Positions 17,162-26,140 of a DNA stretch of 32,000 bases are shown in pieces; the first letter of the stretch is position 1; each line of letters opens with the position of its first letter. Origin of the DNA: Candidatus Electrothrix sp. GW3-4 (GTDB lineage Bacteria; Desulfobacterota; Desulfobulbia; Desulfobulbales; Desulfobulbaceae); NCBI RefSeq assembly GCF_037902255.1, contig NZ_CP147990.1:120001-152000 (forward strand), read 5' to 3'. Position numbers and translations under genes: made by a program. The notes beneath the pieces were generated by a model. That model had not been told where the DNA came from. It did not search any database and saw only the letters and a list, made by a program, of their open reading frames with translations.

Positions 17162-18193
17162 ATGTTTGGGTATTATCGTTTTTTTCTAGCCTCCCTGGTG
17201 CTGCTGTCTCACCTTCAAGTGTCTTTGCAAGGATTTAATGGCGGAGTGGCTGCGGTAATTTCTTTTTATATGCTCGCAGGGTTTGTTGTATGTAAGCTTT
17301 TATCATCTGTTTTTGCATCGAATAGATTAAATTATTTTCGTTTCATCTATGAAAGAACATTAAGGATTTTTCCTCAATATCTTTTTGTCGTGGGGCTGAC
17401 GATCGTTTTTTTACTGACAACAAATTTTGGTAAACCAGTTTTTAATCTTGTCGCATTTTTAAATAACCTTTTGATTATACCTCTGAATTATTCCATGTTT
17501 TGGGATGGTTCCATCTTGCAAGACCCCAAGTGGTGGTTAGTGCCGCCAGCATGGTCTTTAGGGGTAGAGCTTCAAGCATACCTCCTCCTTCCTTTAGCGA
17601 TATATTTTAAACCTGTAAAAGTGGTACTTAGCCTGCTGTCTTTATGTATCTTTATATTGGCCAGTTTTAGAGTACTGCATCCACACTTTTTTGGTTATAA
17701 GCTACTGCCTGGAGTTTTTTTTATTTTTATTATAGGTGGCTCAATTTATAGGAGGTATGTTGAGGGTGAAGAGGTAGATTTTTTTGATAAATATTTCCCG
17801 GAGGTTGTATACACTCTTTTAGTGGCTCTCGTAATAATTCTTGGGGCAAAGGGGATGCTTCTTGTTCAATTTGTTAGAGAAACTATTCTTGGGGTGTTGA
17901 TTGGAATGCCCATAGTTATTTATCTTTCAAAGAGTACTGTGAAATTGCCGCTTAATCGTTTTGTAGGAGATTTATCCTATGGTCTCTTCCTTTCACATTT
18001 TCTCGTAAAGTGGCTCGTAGAAAACTATTCGTTAGTTGACAGGGATCCTTCATCATTGGTTTATTTATTGACGGTTTTTTTCTTTTCGTTGATCTTCTCA
18101 ATAATAGGCGTTTTCGTTGTAGAACGACCAATGAGTCGATACCGATTTAAGTTGTCGTCTACATTTGCTGGACCAAAGGAGTGTAACCCGTAG
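17162..18193 (+). CDS. Acyltransferase family 3 integral membrane protein (glycan O-acyltransferase type)
   Basis: 343 aa, about 10 hydrophobic spans. N-terminal YYRFFLASLVLLSHL carries the conserved His, followed by WSLGVELQAYLLLP (the family's WSL..E motif). Confidence 0.8.
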   Translation: MFGYYRFFLASLVLLSHLQVSLQGFNGGVAAVISFYMLAGFVVCKLLSSVFASNRLNYFRFIYERTLRIFPQYLFVVGLTIVFLLTTNFGKPVFNLVAFLNNLLIIPLNYSMFWDGSILQDPKWWLVPPAWSLGVELQAYLLLPLAIYFKPVKVVLSLLSLCIFILASFRVLHPHFFGYKLLPGVFFIFIIGGSIYRRYVEGEEVDFFDKYFPEVVYTLLVALVIILGAKGMLLVQFVRETILGVLIGMPIVIYLSKSTVKLPLNRFVGDLSYGLFLSHFLVKWLVENYSLVDRDPSSLVYLLTVFFFSLIFSIIGVFVVERPMSRYRFKLSSTFAGPKECNP

Positions 18194-18215
18194 GGGGTAC
18201 ATTCTAGAATAATTA

Positions 18216-19025
18216 ATGATGAGAAATATCCCCGCCATCATTGGTATTGTTCTTGTAAAAAACGAAGACCTTTTTATAGATAGGGTGTTGACCAATATTC
18301 TCGATTTCTGCGATGAAATTATTGTGGCAGATAACCTGTCGAAAGACGGTACTCAGGACACGGTGAGGGCCCTCCAGCAACACCATAGCAAAATTCATTA
18401 TCATTCTATTGCAAGTCCAGCACAATCCCATGACTTGATTTGCGGATATGCGGGGACCAATACATGGATTTTTGCTGTGGATGGAGATGAAATATATGAT
18501 CCATTAGGCCTGAAGAGGCTCCGCCAACGTATCAATGCCGGAGAATATGACAGGCAATGGATGATCCTTGGCAATGCCCTGAACTGTGTTGCGTTGAACG
18601 TAGAAAAGGGATACGTCCAAGGGTATTTGGCACCTCCTTGTCGTAGTATGACAAAACTCTATAACTTTAATGCCATTAAAGCATGGGAAGGTCCATGCTC
18701 TGAGCGCCTTCATGGAGGCGAAATGTTGTTCAAAGAGGGGTATGATAAATCGCAGCGCCTGGAACGCTATAAAGACACCTCGTGGGATGAGGCCGAATTC
18801 CGTGCCCTGCATCTTTGTTTCCTGCGCAGAAGTACCTTAGAAAAAGCAAGCGATAGTCAGAAGGTCATCAGAAAAAATATCTCGGATATGCTGTCTGAAA
18901 ATATTTGGGCCAGGATTACGTCCCGTTTTTTTAAATTCATAGGCAAGGAACAGAAATCGCCTTGGAAACTCGAAAAATACATGCGCGGTCAGCTGGTAAC
19001 GAAGCCACTCACGCCTTTTCTTTAA
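18216..19025 (+). CDS. GT-A fold glycosyltransferase (GT2-like)
   Basis: 269 aa. IIGIVLVKNEDLFIDRVLTNILDFCDEIIVADNLSKDGT and WIFAVDGDEIYD (DXD). Confidence 0.65.
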   Translation: MMRNIPAIIGIVLVKNEDLFIDRVLTNILDFCDEIIVADNLSKDGTQDTVRALQQHHSKIHYHSIASPAQSHDLICGYAGTNTWIFAVDGDEIYDPLGLKRLRQRINAGEYDRQWMILGNALNCVALNVEKGYVQGYLAPPCRSMTKLYNFNAIKAWEGPCSERLHGGEMLFKEGYDKSQRLERYKDTSWDEAEFRALHLCFLRRSTLEKASDSQKVIRKNISDMLSENIWARITSRFFKFIGKEQKSPWKLEKYMRGQLVTKPLTPFL

Positions 19026-19069
19026 TTTGTTCTCTGCCTTTGCAGTTTTCTTAACTTTTCCCATAAACA

Positions 19070-21130
19070 ATGAATCATCCCATCAAAGTCCATCTGTACG
19101 GCAGTGAAAAGAATGGTTGGGCCCTGGATACAGATCTTGCTCTGACGAAAAAATCTCTGGAGCAGCTCCGCGATGTCGTCGTGCTCACTGGTCTGGAAGA
19201 AGCCGATGTCCTGCATTCTGTCTGGGAAGAACCGATTTTCCAGCTTGATCAAAATATCCTGGCTGGAAAACGCATTATCTGTCATGTCTGCAATAACTTC
19301 ATGCGGCTCCACGAGAATTCCGCCATGATCAGGGCGGCAGATACGGTTGGGATGTGGATAGTTATGGCTCAGGAGGCGCAGCAGGATCTTCGGGTATTAA
19401 ACTATCCCTCTACTTTCATTCCTTATTCTGTGGATACAGAGATTTTTCGCCCTGACTATCCAAGTGGAAAGAGCAACCCAGCGTTGAGAAAACAGTATGG
19501 GATACCTGAAGCGGCCTTTTTACTCAGTAATTTTATGCGGGATTCCTTTGGGCATGATCTCGATCAGCCTAAGGATCAGAAAGGTGGTGAGCTCTTTCTT
19601 GAGATAGCTGTGGCCCTTAAGGCTCGGCAGATTCCTGTTCATTTCCTGCTTGCAGGTCCTCGGCGCCATTGGATACGCAATAAACTGCGGGAACATGGCA
19701 TCCCTTTCACCTTTGTCGGTAAAGAAGTAGAGCAGGATGACCTGAAAGTCAATATAGCAGATGCTGAAACGATCAGTTCGCTCTATCGTCTTTCTGATGT
19801 CCATTTGGTGACCAGTCGCTGGGAGGGGGGACCGCGTGCTGTTTTAGAGGCTGCTGCCACCAAGACGCCAATTCTCTGTACCTCTGTCGGAATTGCGCCT
19901 GATATTCTTGAGCCAGACTCCTTGTACGATGCATTTGATCAGGCGGTGGAAAAACTTGAGCAGCATGCCACTGCTCGCATTCTGGACAAAACTCTTGAGG
20001 CGCAGTATCAAAGAATTCTTGAGCGGCATACACCTGAAAAAAATGGCCTCCGTTTTGAGAAATTATACAGGAAGATCGAAAAGGTTCCGACCTATTCGAG
20101 AGCAAAGAAATGGGTGGATATTCCAGCCCCTGTTCCTTCACTGAAGGAGAGAATCACATCCCGCCTGCAACGACTGGTTGGTTGCTCCTGCACCGAAAAA
20201 ACTTTACGCATCTCGTTATGGCACGAGTTTCATAAGCCGCCGTATGGAGGGGGCAACCAGTTTATGCTCGCCCTGCAACGAGCAATGGAGATGCAAGGGG
20301 TTGAGACCACGGTTAATAAGTTGTCCAGTTCTGTTGATGTCCATATCTGCAATTCCTGTTGGTTTGATCATAAGAAATTTCAGAAAAAAGCCGCATCCTT
20401 TCCGGTTCGGATGATTCATCGGATTGATGGGCCTGTAACCTTGTACCGTGGAGAAGGGCGGGATGAGGATGAAAGGATTTTTGAGCTGAACCAACAATTT
20501 GCCTCAGCCACGGTTTTTCAGTCTGCCTATAGTTTTAAGCAGAGCTACGGCCTCGGCTTCAAAGCCGTTTCTCCGGTGATTATTCATAATAGTGTTAATG
20601 ATACAATTTTTAACGCAACTGGTCGGGTACCCTATGAAGAGGGGAGAAAGATTCGGCTTGTCTCGTCAGCATGGTCAGACAATCCAAGAAAAGGAGGGGC
20701 CTTCCTAAAATGGTTGGATGGCCACCTTGATTGGAATCGGTTTGAATATACCTTTATCGGTAGGGTGAAGGAGGAGTTTGAAAACATCAAACATGTCCAG
20801 GCTGTTCCTTCGGAGGAGTTGGCGAATTACCTTCGCCGACATGATATGTATCTTTCAGTAAGCCTGCACGAACCCTGTTCCAATGCCCTGCTTGAGGCCT
20901 TGGCCTGTGGTTTGCCTGCCTTGTACCGTAACGACGGCGGGAATCCTGAATTGGTTTCCTTTGGTGGGTTGCCATTTACTGATGAGAAGGACGTGTTAGA
21001 AAAGTTGGATCGACTTGCTCTGCATATAAATTCCTTTCAACGGCTTATTTCAATACGGAGTATTGCAGCGATAGCCTCTCGATATATTGATCTTGCTCGG
21101 CGGATCCGGGATTGGGAACAGGTGGGATGA
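19070..21130 (+). CDS. Two-module GT-B (GT4-type) glycosyltransferase
   Basis: 686 aa. Module 1 carries the EX7E motif in SRWEGGPRAVLEAAATKTPILCTSVG (nt 19823-19849). Module 2 carries SLHEPCSNALLEALACGLPALYRNDGGNPELV. The modules are separated by a ~40-aa linker around nt 20080-20190. Confidence 0.85.
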   Translation: MNHPIKVHLYGSEKNGWALDTDLALTKKSLEQLRDVVVLTGLEEADVLHSVWEEPIFQLDQNILAGKRIICHVCNNFMRLHENSAMIRAADTVGMWIVMAQEAQQDLRVLNYPSTFIPYSVDTEIFRPDYPSGKSNPALRKQYGIPEAAFLLSNFMRDSFGHDLDQPKDQKGGELFLEIAVALKARQIPVHFLLAGPRRHWIRNKLREHGIPFTFVGKEVEQDDLKVNIADAETISSLYRLSDVHLVTSRWEGGPRAVLEAAATKTPILCTSVGIAPDILEPDSLYDAFDQAVEKLEQHATARILDKTLEAQYQRILERHTPEKNGLRFEKLYRKIEKVPTYSRAKKWVDIPAPVPSLKERITSRLQRLVGCSCTEKTLRISLWHEFHKPPYGGGNQFMLALQRAMEMQGVETTVNKLSSSVDVHICNSCWFDHKKFQKKAASFPVRMIHRIDGPVTLYRGEGRDEDERIFELNQQFASATVFQSAYSFKQSYGLGFKAVSPVIIHNSVNDTIFNATGRVPYEEGRKIRLVSSAWSDNPRKGGAFLKWLDGHLDWNRFEYTFIGRVKEEFENIKHVQAVPSEELANYLRRHDMYLSVSLHEPCSNALLEALACGLPALYRNDGGNPELVSFGGLPFTDEKDVLEKLDRLALHINSFQRLISIRSIAAIASRYIDLARRIRDWEQVG

Positions 21131-21161
21131 GAGCAAGCCTGTTGAGAAGGGAGAGCATATA

Positions 21162-22136
21162 GTGAACTCTCGATTATATTACCTTTCTGAGATCTATCAT
21201 AACAGGCCGGGTTCGCAGACTATCCACGCCTTTAATAGAAGCCTTACAAAGGCCGGGGTGCCTGCTGTACAGCATCATCCCTCGGAATACGTAACGAATC
21301 TTGCTCGCCAGGCCAATGATAAAGGATGGGGAAGAAATTTTTTTCAACGGAAAGGACATGCCTATATCGTTGCTATGATGTGGCCAAAGGTTGCCCGGCT
21401 GTTACCTATTGGCTGCTGGGCTGAAGTTATTCCGCTCTGCTTTGATTGCTGGCCGCAGGATTATCAACTGTGGGAAAATATTTTTCGTCGATTCAGGGTA
21501 AAGACGGCTTTTTTCACAGCCCGGCAATCTGCTGCGTATTTTCAGAAAAAAATTGGAGGAATGCACTGCTTCTGGCTTCCTGAGGCTGCGGATCCTACCG
21601 AATATTCCCCCGATATTCCTTTAAAGGAAAGGGACGTAGATGTTCTTGAATTGGGGAGGAGATCGGAGCTCTATCATGATGCTATCGCAGAGAGCTTACA
21701 AACCCGTGGGTATACGCACCTGTATGTTCAAGGGAAAAAACGTATGTTTCCTACCCGGGAAGAACTTATGGCAACCTGGCGGCAGACCAAGATCTCGATC
21801 TGTTTTCCTAAAGCAGTCACTGACCTGGAACGATCTGGTGGGGTAGAGACCGTTACCTTTCGCTATTTTGAATCAATGTCCTCAAAATGCCTTATCGTGG
21901 GCCATTGTCCTCAAGAATTACAGGATATCTTAGGTTATAATCCGGTGATTGAGATAGATAGCGCAGATTACTCAGGGCAGCTTCTGAACATACTTGCCGA
22001 TATTGAGCAGGGGAAGTATCAGGATCTGGTCGATAAAAATTATCAACAGATGTTTAAGATTGGGAGCTGGGATGCACGGGTACAGGATATGTTAGGTTTA
22101 TTAGCAGAGCAGGGGTATTGTCTTGAGACCGCTTGA
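21162..22136 (+). CDS. Atypical GT-B-like protein (CgeB / Glyco_trans_1_2-like C-terminus)
   Basis: The track ORF begins at 21087, inside the upstream gene. The in-frame GTG at 21162 is preceded by GAAGGGAGAG and is the more likely start. The C-terminal KISICFPKAVTDLERSGGVETVTFRYFESMSSKCLIVGHCPQEL resembles the acceptor/donor-binding C-domain of CgeB-type GT-B proteins. Confidence 0.5.
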   Translation: MNSRLYYLSEIYHNRPGSQTIHAFNRSLTKAGVPAVQHHPSEYVTNLARQANDKGWGRNFFQRKGHAYIVAMMWPKVARLLPIGCWAEVIPLCFDCWPQDYQLWENIFRRFRVKTAFFTARQSAAYFQKKIGGMHCFWLPEAADPTEYSPDIPLKERDVDVLELGRRSELYHDAIAESLQTRGYTHLYVQGKKRMFPTREELMATWRQTKISICFPKAVTDLERSGGVETVTFRYFESMSSKCLIVGHCPQELQDILGYNPVIEIDSADYSGQLLNILADIEQGKYQDLVDKNYQQMFKIGSWDARVQDMLGLLAEQGYCLETA

Positions 22137-23244
22137 TTATGTTAATCTCTGCTATATTTGGCTCAGCTCATATCCTCGGCTGCGTAAGGTTTGGAGTCAG
22201 CAGGTGCAACAGAACACTGATCAGGCAGGTATCCGGGTGAACTATGGATTCGACCGTGTCCCAGGGCCAGATGAACATATTTTTGGAGGACTCGTAAAAC
22301 TCCAGGACCTGAATAGCGAATTTCCGCATTGCACGAGTCAGCCGAATATTCTCTATCTTGTATCCAGTGCGCTTCCTTATTTTCCTCTTCGTTTAGCAAA
22401 AATGGCACGGCAGGCTGGCGCAAAGATTGTGGTTAATCAAAACGGCGTCGCGTATCCTGGTTGGTTTGGAAAAGGCTGGCAGCGAGCAAATCGCTCTATG
22501 GCCTACCTGCATAGCATAGCTGATTACGTATTTTATCAGAGCGAATTTTGTCGTCTCTCTGCGGAGCGTTTTCTCGGCGAACGTTCTGGGCTTCCCTCGG
22601 AAGTTCTCTATAATCCGGTGGATACGGATACGTTTTCTCCAACCCCTGAAAAAACACCGAAGAGAAATAATATTATCCTCCTGCTCTCAGGAAGTCATTG
22701 GAGTCGATATAGAGTGAACACGGCTTTGGAAACTTTGCAAAAGGTTCGCTTGCATAATCAACAGGTTTCTCTGAAAATAGCTGGACGCTTCTGCTGGGGT
22801 GAGGATAAGGAGCGATCCTTGAAGGAAGTAAAGGGATATGCATCTCAGCTGGGAATAGCTGAGTACGTGCAGGTTACCGGGCCCTATACGCAGGAAGAGG
22901 CACCTGCTTTATTAAACAGCTGTTCCATTCTGCTGCATACTAAGTATAATGACCCATGTCCAAGGTTGGTGGTTGAGGCTATGGCCTGTGGCCTGCCGGT
23001 CGTTTATTCCGCAACCGGGGGGGTACCGGAACTCGTCGGTGAATCTGCCGGAAGAGGGATAGCAGGCCAGTTAGACTGGGAAAAGGATCATCCACCGAAC
23101 GTTGATGCACTTGCCGATGCCGTCCTGCAGGTAGCTTCTCAGCTCCCTGAGTATAGTGCTGCTGCTCGGCAGCGGGCTGTGAGTTTCCTTGATAGGAAGC
23201 AATGGTTGCGTCGACATGGTGAAGTTTTTGCCCATTTGATCTGA
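22123..23244 (+). CDS. Family 4 (GT-B) glycosyltransferase
   Basis: 373 aa with an uncertain TTG start. LLHTKYNDPCPRLVVEAMACGLPVVYSATGGVPELV is the EX7E region, and YNPVDTDTFSP is the typical inter-domain motif. Confidence 0.85.
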   Translation: MRPLDYVNLCYIWLSSYPRLRKVWSQQVQQNTDQAGIRVNYGFDRVPGPDEHIFGGLVKLQDLNSEFPHCTSQPNILYLVSSALPYFPLRLAKMARQAGAKIVVNQNGVAYPGWFGKGWQRANRSMAYLHSIADYVFYQSEFCRLSAERFLGERSGLPSEVLYNPVDTDTFSPTPEKTPKRNNIILLLSGSHWSRYRVNTALETLQKVRLHNQQVSLKIAGRFCWGEDKERSLKEVKGYASQLGIAEYVQVTGPYTQEEAPALLNSCSILLHTKYNDPCPRLVVEAMACGLPVVYSATGGVPELVGESAGRGIAGQLDWEKDHPPNVDALADAVLQVASQLPEYSAAARQRAVSFLDRKQWLRRHGEVFAHLI

Positions 23245-23265
23245 TACAGGATACTTGAGAACGTC

Positions 23266-24453
23266 ATGGGGCTGGAACGATTGCGTATTGTATGGCTGGA
23301 TAAAGAGGATCGTAGTGTCCTTTACGCCAAGTTTGCCCTGATGGAGCTCGCCCGAACAGGCGAAATTGAATTTATCCGGGCACATCCGACGGCCTTTGAT
23401 GAGGATATTCTGCCTCAACGTACACGGGCGTCTCTGAGTCGGGCCCAGGCTTTCTTTGTTGCCTATCAAGGTGATCAACAGTGTAAGGTTGTGCTTGATA
23501 CCTCAGAGAGCTTTTTCTACCTCTCTTCAGCTGTTCAAGACGTAGACCTCTACTTCTGTAGCGCATATAACCGGGAGATTCATGAGGAGCATCGCTTTTT
23601 GACACCATATCCCTGGCAGAAGCGATATGATCTGGAAGGGTATAGACAACATTTTGAACGAATTGAGCGTGAATATGGTGCGCATTTTGGAAAGCTGATG
23701 CGTTTTATTCCCTTTCCTGTCGTCATGGACGTGCCTGCACGTCGTTATGGAAGGGCAAGACAAGCAGCTATACTTTTCTGGCTCGCAGGTCGTTTTTTGC
23801 GGAACCGGCTACCGCGTAAAAGATTCGGGGGGGGAGACCCTGAGTACCGCCTGTTTAAGATACGCTATAATCAGCTTGTCGGATACAGAGAGCAGCAGTT
23901 ACAATACGATGCGGTTATCAGAGAGTCCCTCTGGGCATGGCCTTGGCATAGGGTGCTGTTATATAAAGCGTTAGAACAATTGCCTGAGAGAAATGTTTTT
24001 TCGTCGTTGTCGTCTGCGCAAGCTGATGATCCAATGCCGTGGTGGTTGAAGGATATCCCCGCTGATGAAGAGGAGTATGTGCGTGGTTTGCTTAACAAGG
24101 AACAAAGCTTTCCTGAGTCTTATGAGAAGATGATAACGTCCTCTCGGCTCGCCTTATTTCCTACAGGAAAACACTGGGGCTGGCGGGCGATTACCTTTTT
24201 ATCTCTTATTGCCGGTGGGCCTCTTGTTATGGACAGGCCCCTTTTTGAGCCCTATTTTCCCCTGGAAGAGTTCAGGTTATTTTATACTGAAAACGAATGG
24301 TCAGATCTCAGGTCTTTTTTCGACAGGGTGACAAACGAGCAGTGGCAGGAGATTCGCCAGCATAATCAGGCTGCTTTTGATAGATACCTGGCTCCCCTTC
24401 CTGTAGGAAGATATATCTGCCGGACTGTCCAGGAATGGTTTGGAACAGCCTAA
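23266..24453 (+). CDS. Hypothetical protein; C-terminus weakly exostosin/GT-B-like
   Basis: 395 aa with no family I can name. The C-terminal SSRLALFPTGKHWGWRAITFLSLIAGGPLVMDRPLFEPYFPLEEFRLFYTENEWSDL recalls the exostosin-type pattern (G...R..EA...G.iPVi..d......f). Confidence 0.35.
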   Translation: MGLERLRIVWLDKEDRSVLYAKFALMELARTGEIEFIRAHPTAFDEDILPQRTRASLSRAQAFFVAYQGDQQCKVVLDTSESFFYLSSAVQDVDLYFCSAYNREIHEEHRFLTPYPWQKRYDLEGYRQHFERIEREYGAHFGKLMRFIPFPVVMDVPARRYGRARQAAILFWLAGRFLRNRLPRKRFGGGDPEYRLFKIRYNQLVGYREQQLQYDAVIRESLWAWPWHRVLLYKALEQLPERNVFSSLSSAQADDPMPWWLKDIPADEEEYVRGLLNKEQSFPESYEKMITSSRLALFPTGKHWGWRAITFLSLIAGGPLVMDRPLFEPYFPLEEFRLFYTENEWSDLRSFFDRVTNEQWQEIRQHNQAAFDRYLAPLPVGRYICRTVQEWFGTA

Positions 24454-24456
24454 TTT

Positions 24457-25302
24457 TTGAAAATACGTAGTGCTATGCCTGGAACTTTGTCCTCAATAGA
24501 TCAATTGCGTAAGAAAAGGTTGATATTTACCGTGACCACTGGCAGGAGCGGTACCGCCTATCTGGCCTCGATCTTTGGTTATGCCCGCAATGTGTATTCG
24601 GTCCATGAGCCAGCTCCTGAGTTTGTCAAGATACTCCGGGACGTTCAGGGGAACCCGCAGCTCGCCAAGGAGTTTTGGCTGAGGGAAAAAATTCCTGCTA
24701 TTCTTCAGGCTCCCACTGATACATATATTGAAACCAGTCATCTGGCCTGCAAGGGATTTCTGGAGGCGTTGTTGGAACTCAAAATTACACCTGATCTTAT
24801 TCTCCATCGGCGATCGGCAAGGGATGTTGCTCGGAGTATGTTTACTATGGGAACTATTCCTGGACGAAGCGATAAAGGGCTTGCCTTTTACCTCTCCCCA
24901 GATGATTCAGGGGTCTTATTTCTTCCTCAATGGGGAAAACTCCATGATTATCAACTCTGTTATTGGTATTGTCTGGAGATTGAACGAAGGGCATCTGTCT
25001 ATGGAGGGTTATTTAAGGCTGCTGGCGCACGAATTGCCGAGACCACCCTTGCAGGTCTAAAAAGCTTTTCAGGTCTTCAAGCGTGTTTCTCAGATCTCGA
25101 CTTAGAGGTTCGCCGTCCTGTTTGGCTCACCCGTTTTTTGTTTGCCCGTGCGACTAGGGTAAAGGTGAATCAATCCCTTGAAACAAAGAAGAAGGTCAGC
25201 GTGCCGGAAAATATTGCGGAAATGGAGCAAGAGGTTATCGCTCTCATAGATAATAAGGCTCTTCGTAATATACTTCCTACCATAACTTGTATGAATGGAT
25301 AA
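24457..25302 (+). CDS. Sulfotransferase-like P-loop protein (ST6)
   Basis: The track start is TTG 24457; ATG at 24475 is more likely. 5'-PSB-like LIFTVTTGRSGTAYLASIFG and 3'-PB-like ILHRRSARDVARSMF. It is less canonical than ST1, ST3 and ST4. Confidence 0.5.
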   Translation: MKIRSAMPGTLSSIDQLRKKRLIFTVTTGRSGTAYLASIFGYARNVYSVHEPAPEFVKILRDVQGNPQLAKEFWLREKIPAILQAPTDTYIETSHLACKGFLEALLELKITPDLILHRRSARDVARSMFTMGTIPGRSDKGLAFYLSPDDSGVLFLPQWGKLHDYQLCYWYCLEIERRASVYGGLFKAAGARIAETTLAGLKSFSGLQACFSDLDLEVRRPVWLTRFLFARATRVKVNQSLETKKKVSVPENIAEMEQEVIALIDNKALRNILPTITCMNG

Positions 25303-26140
25303 GGAAATCATGGTAGAATCACGAGGTGTTGTCTATGTGGCGACTGGCGAAAAATTTGTTACTGAGGCATTAATTTCTGTTCGATCTGTCAAAAGACAGA
25401 TGCCGGAACTTCCCGTTACTCTGTTTACCGATCTTCAGGAATTGGTTGCGAGCCCTCCTGAAGGTGTTGACGTTGTTTTCCATCTTACCCAGGTGACCAA
25501 TTCCTGCCTGGATAAGATGTATCCTCTGGCAGAGAGTCCCTATGAGAGGACATTATTCCTTGATACGGATACCTATCTCTGCGATCGAATTGATGAGCTT
25601 TTCGACGTGCTTGATAACTATGATATCGCTGCCGCTCATCCACCCTATAGGGTGCAATACCATCTCCCAGATATCCCAGAATGTTTTCCAGAGCCAAATA
25701 CCGGGGTTATTGCCTTTAAGAGAACTTCTGGTGCCTTGGAAGTGTTGAGTAACTGGTCGAAAGAGTATAAGAAACAACTGGCTTCCCCAAATAAGCCACA
25801 TCATGATCAGCATTCTTTTCGAGCAGCCTTATATCATTCAACGGCCCGTTTTCTGGTTCTCCCTCAGGAATATAATTTTCGTAATATAGGCCCCAATTTC
25901 GCGGGAAAAGGCAGCAAAATAAAGATTATTCATGGTCGACATGCCAGCTTTGAGCGGTTGGAGGCCAGATTGAATGCCAATCTTGATTACCGGGTTTTTC
26001 TTATGCATCCTGGGCGAATTTTTACTCATGAACTGGTGACGTATAAGGGGGCTGTCGAAGCCCTGAATAATGCCGTATTCGAGGCCTTACCAAATCCGAT
26101 AAAGCATCTTTTATCGAATTTGCGCAGGCGGTGTTCGTGA
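25295..26140 (+). CDS. GT8-like nucleotide-diphospho-sugar glycosyltransferase
   Basis: 281 aa. The ATG at 25310 is preceded by AAGGAA and is an alternative start. VVYVATGEKFVTEALISVRSV, LFLDTDTYLCDRIDELFDVLDNYDIAAAH (DXD) and NTGVIAFK match the GT8 layout. Confidence 0.7.
   Translation: MDKEIMVESRGVVYVATGEKFVTEALISVRSVKRQMPELPVTLFTDLQELVASPPEGVDVVFHLTQVTNSCLDKMYPLAESPYERTLFLDTDTYLCDRIDELFDVLDNYDIAAAHPPYRVQYHLPDIPECFPEPNTGVIAFKRTSGALEVLSNWSKEYKKQLASPNKPHHDQHSFRAALYHSTARFLVLPQEYNFRNIGPNFAGKGSKIKIIHGRHASFERLEARLNANLDYRVFLMHPGRIFTHELVTYKGAVEALNNAVFEALPNPIKHLLSNLRRRCS

Noticed and set aside
21087-21161. N-terminal extension of the 349-aa track ORF overlapping the 686-aa GT by 44 nt
   Set aside because: The extension (MILLGGSGIGNRWDESKPVEKGEHI) is low-complexity and overlaps a well-supported coding region. 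The GTG at 21162, preceded by an SD-like GAAGGGAGAG, is the more plausible start.
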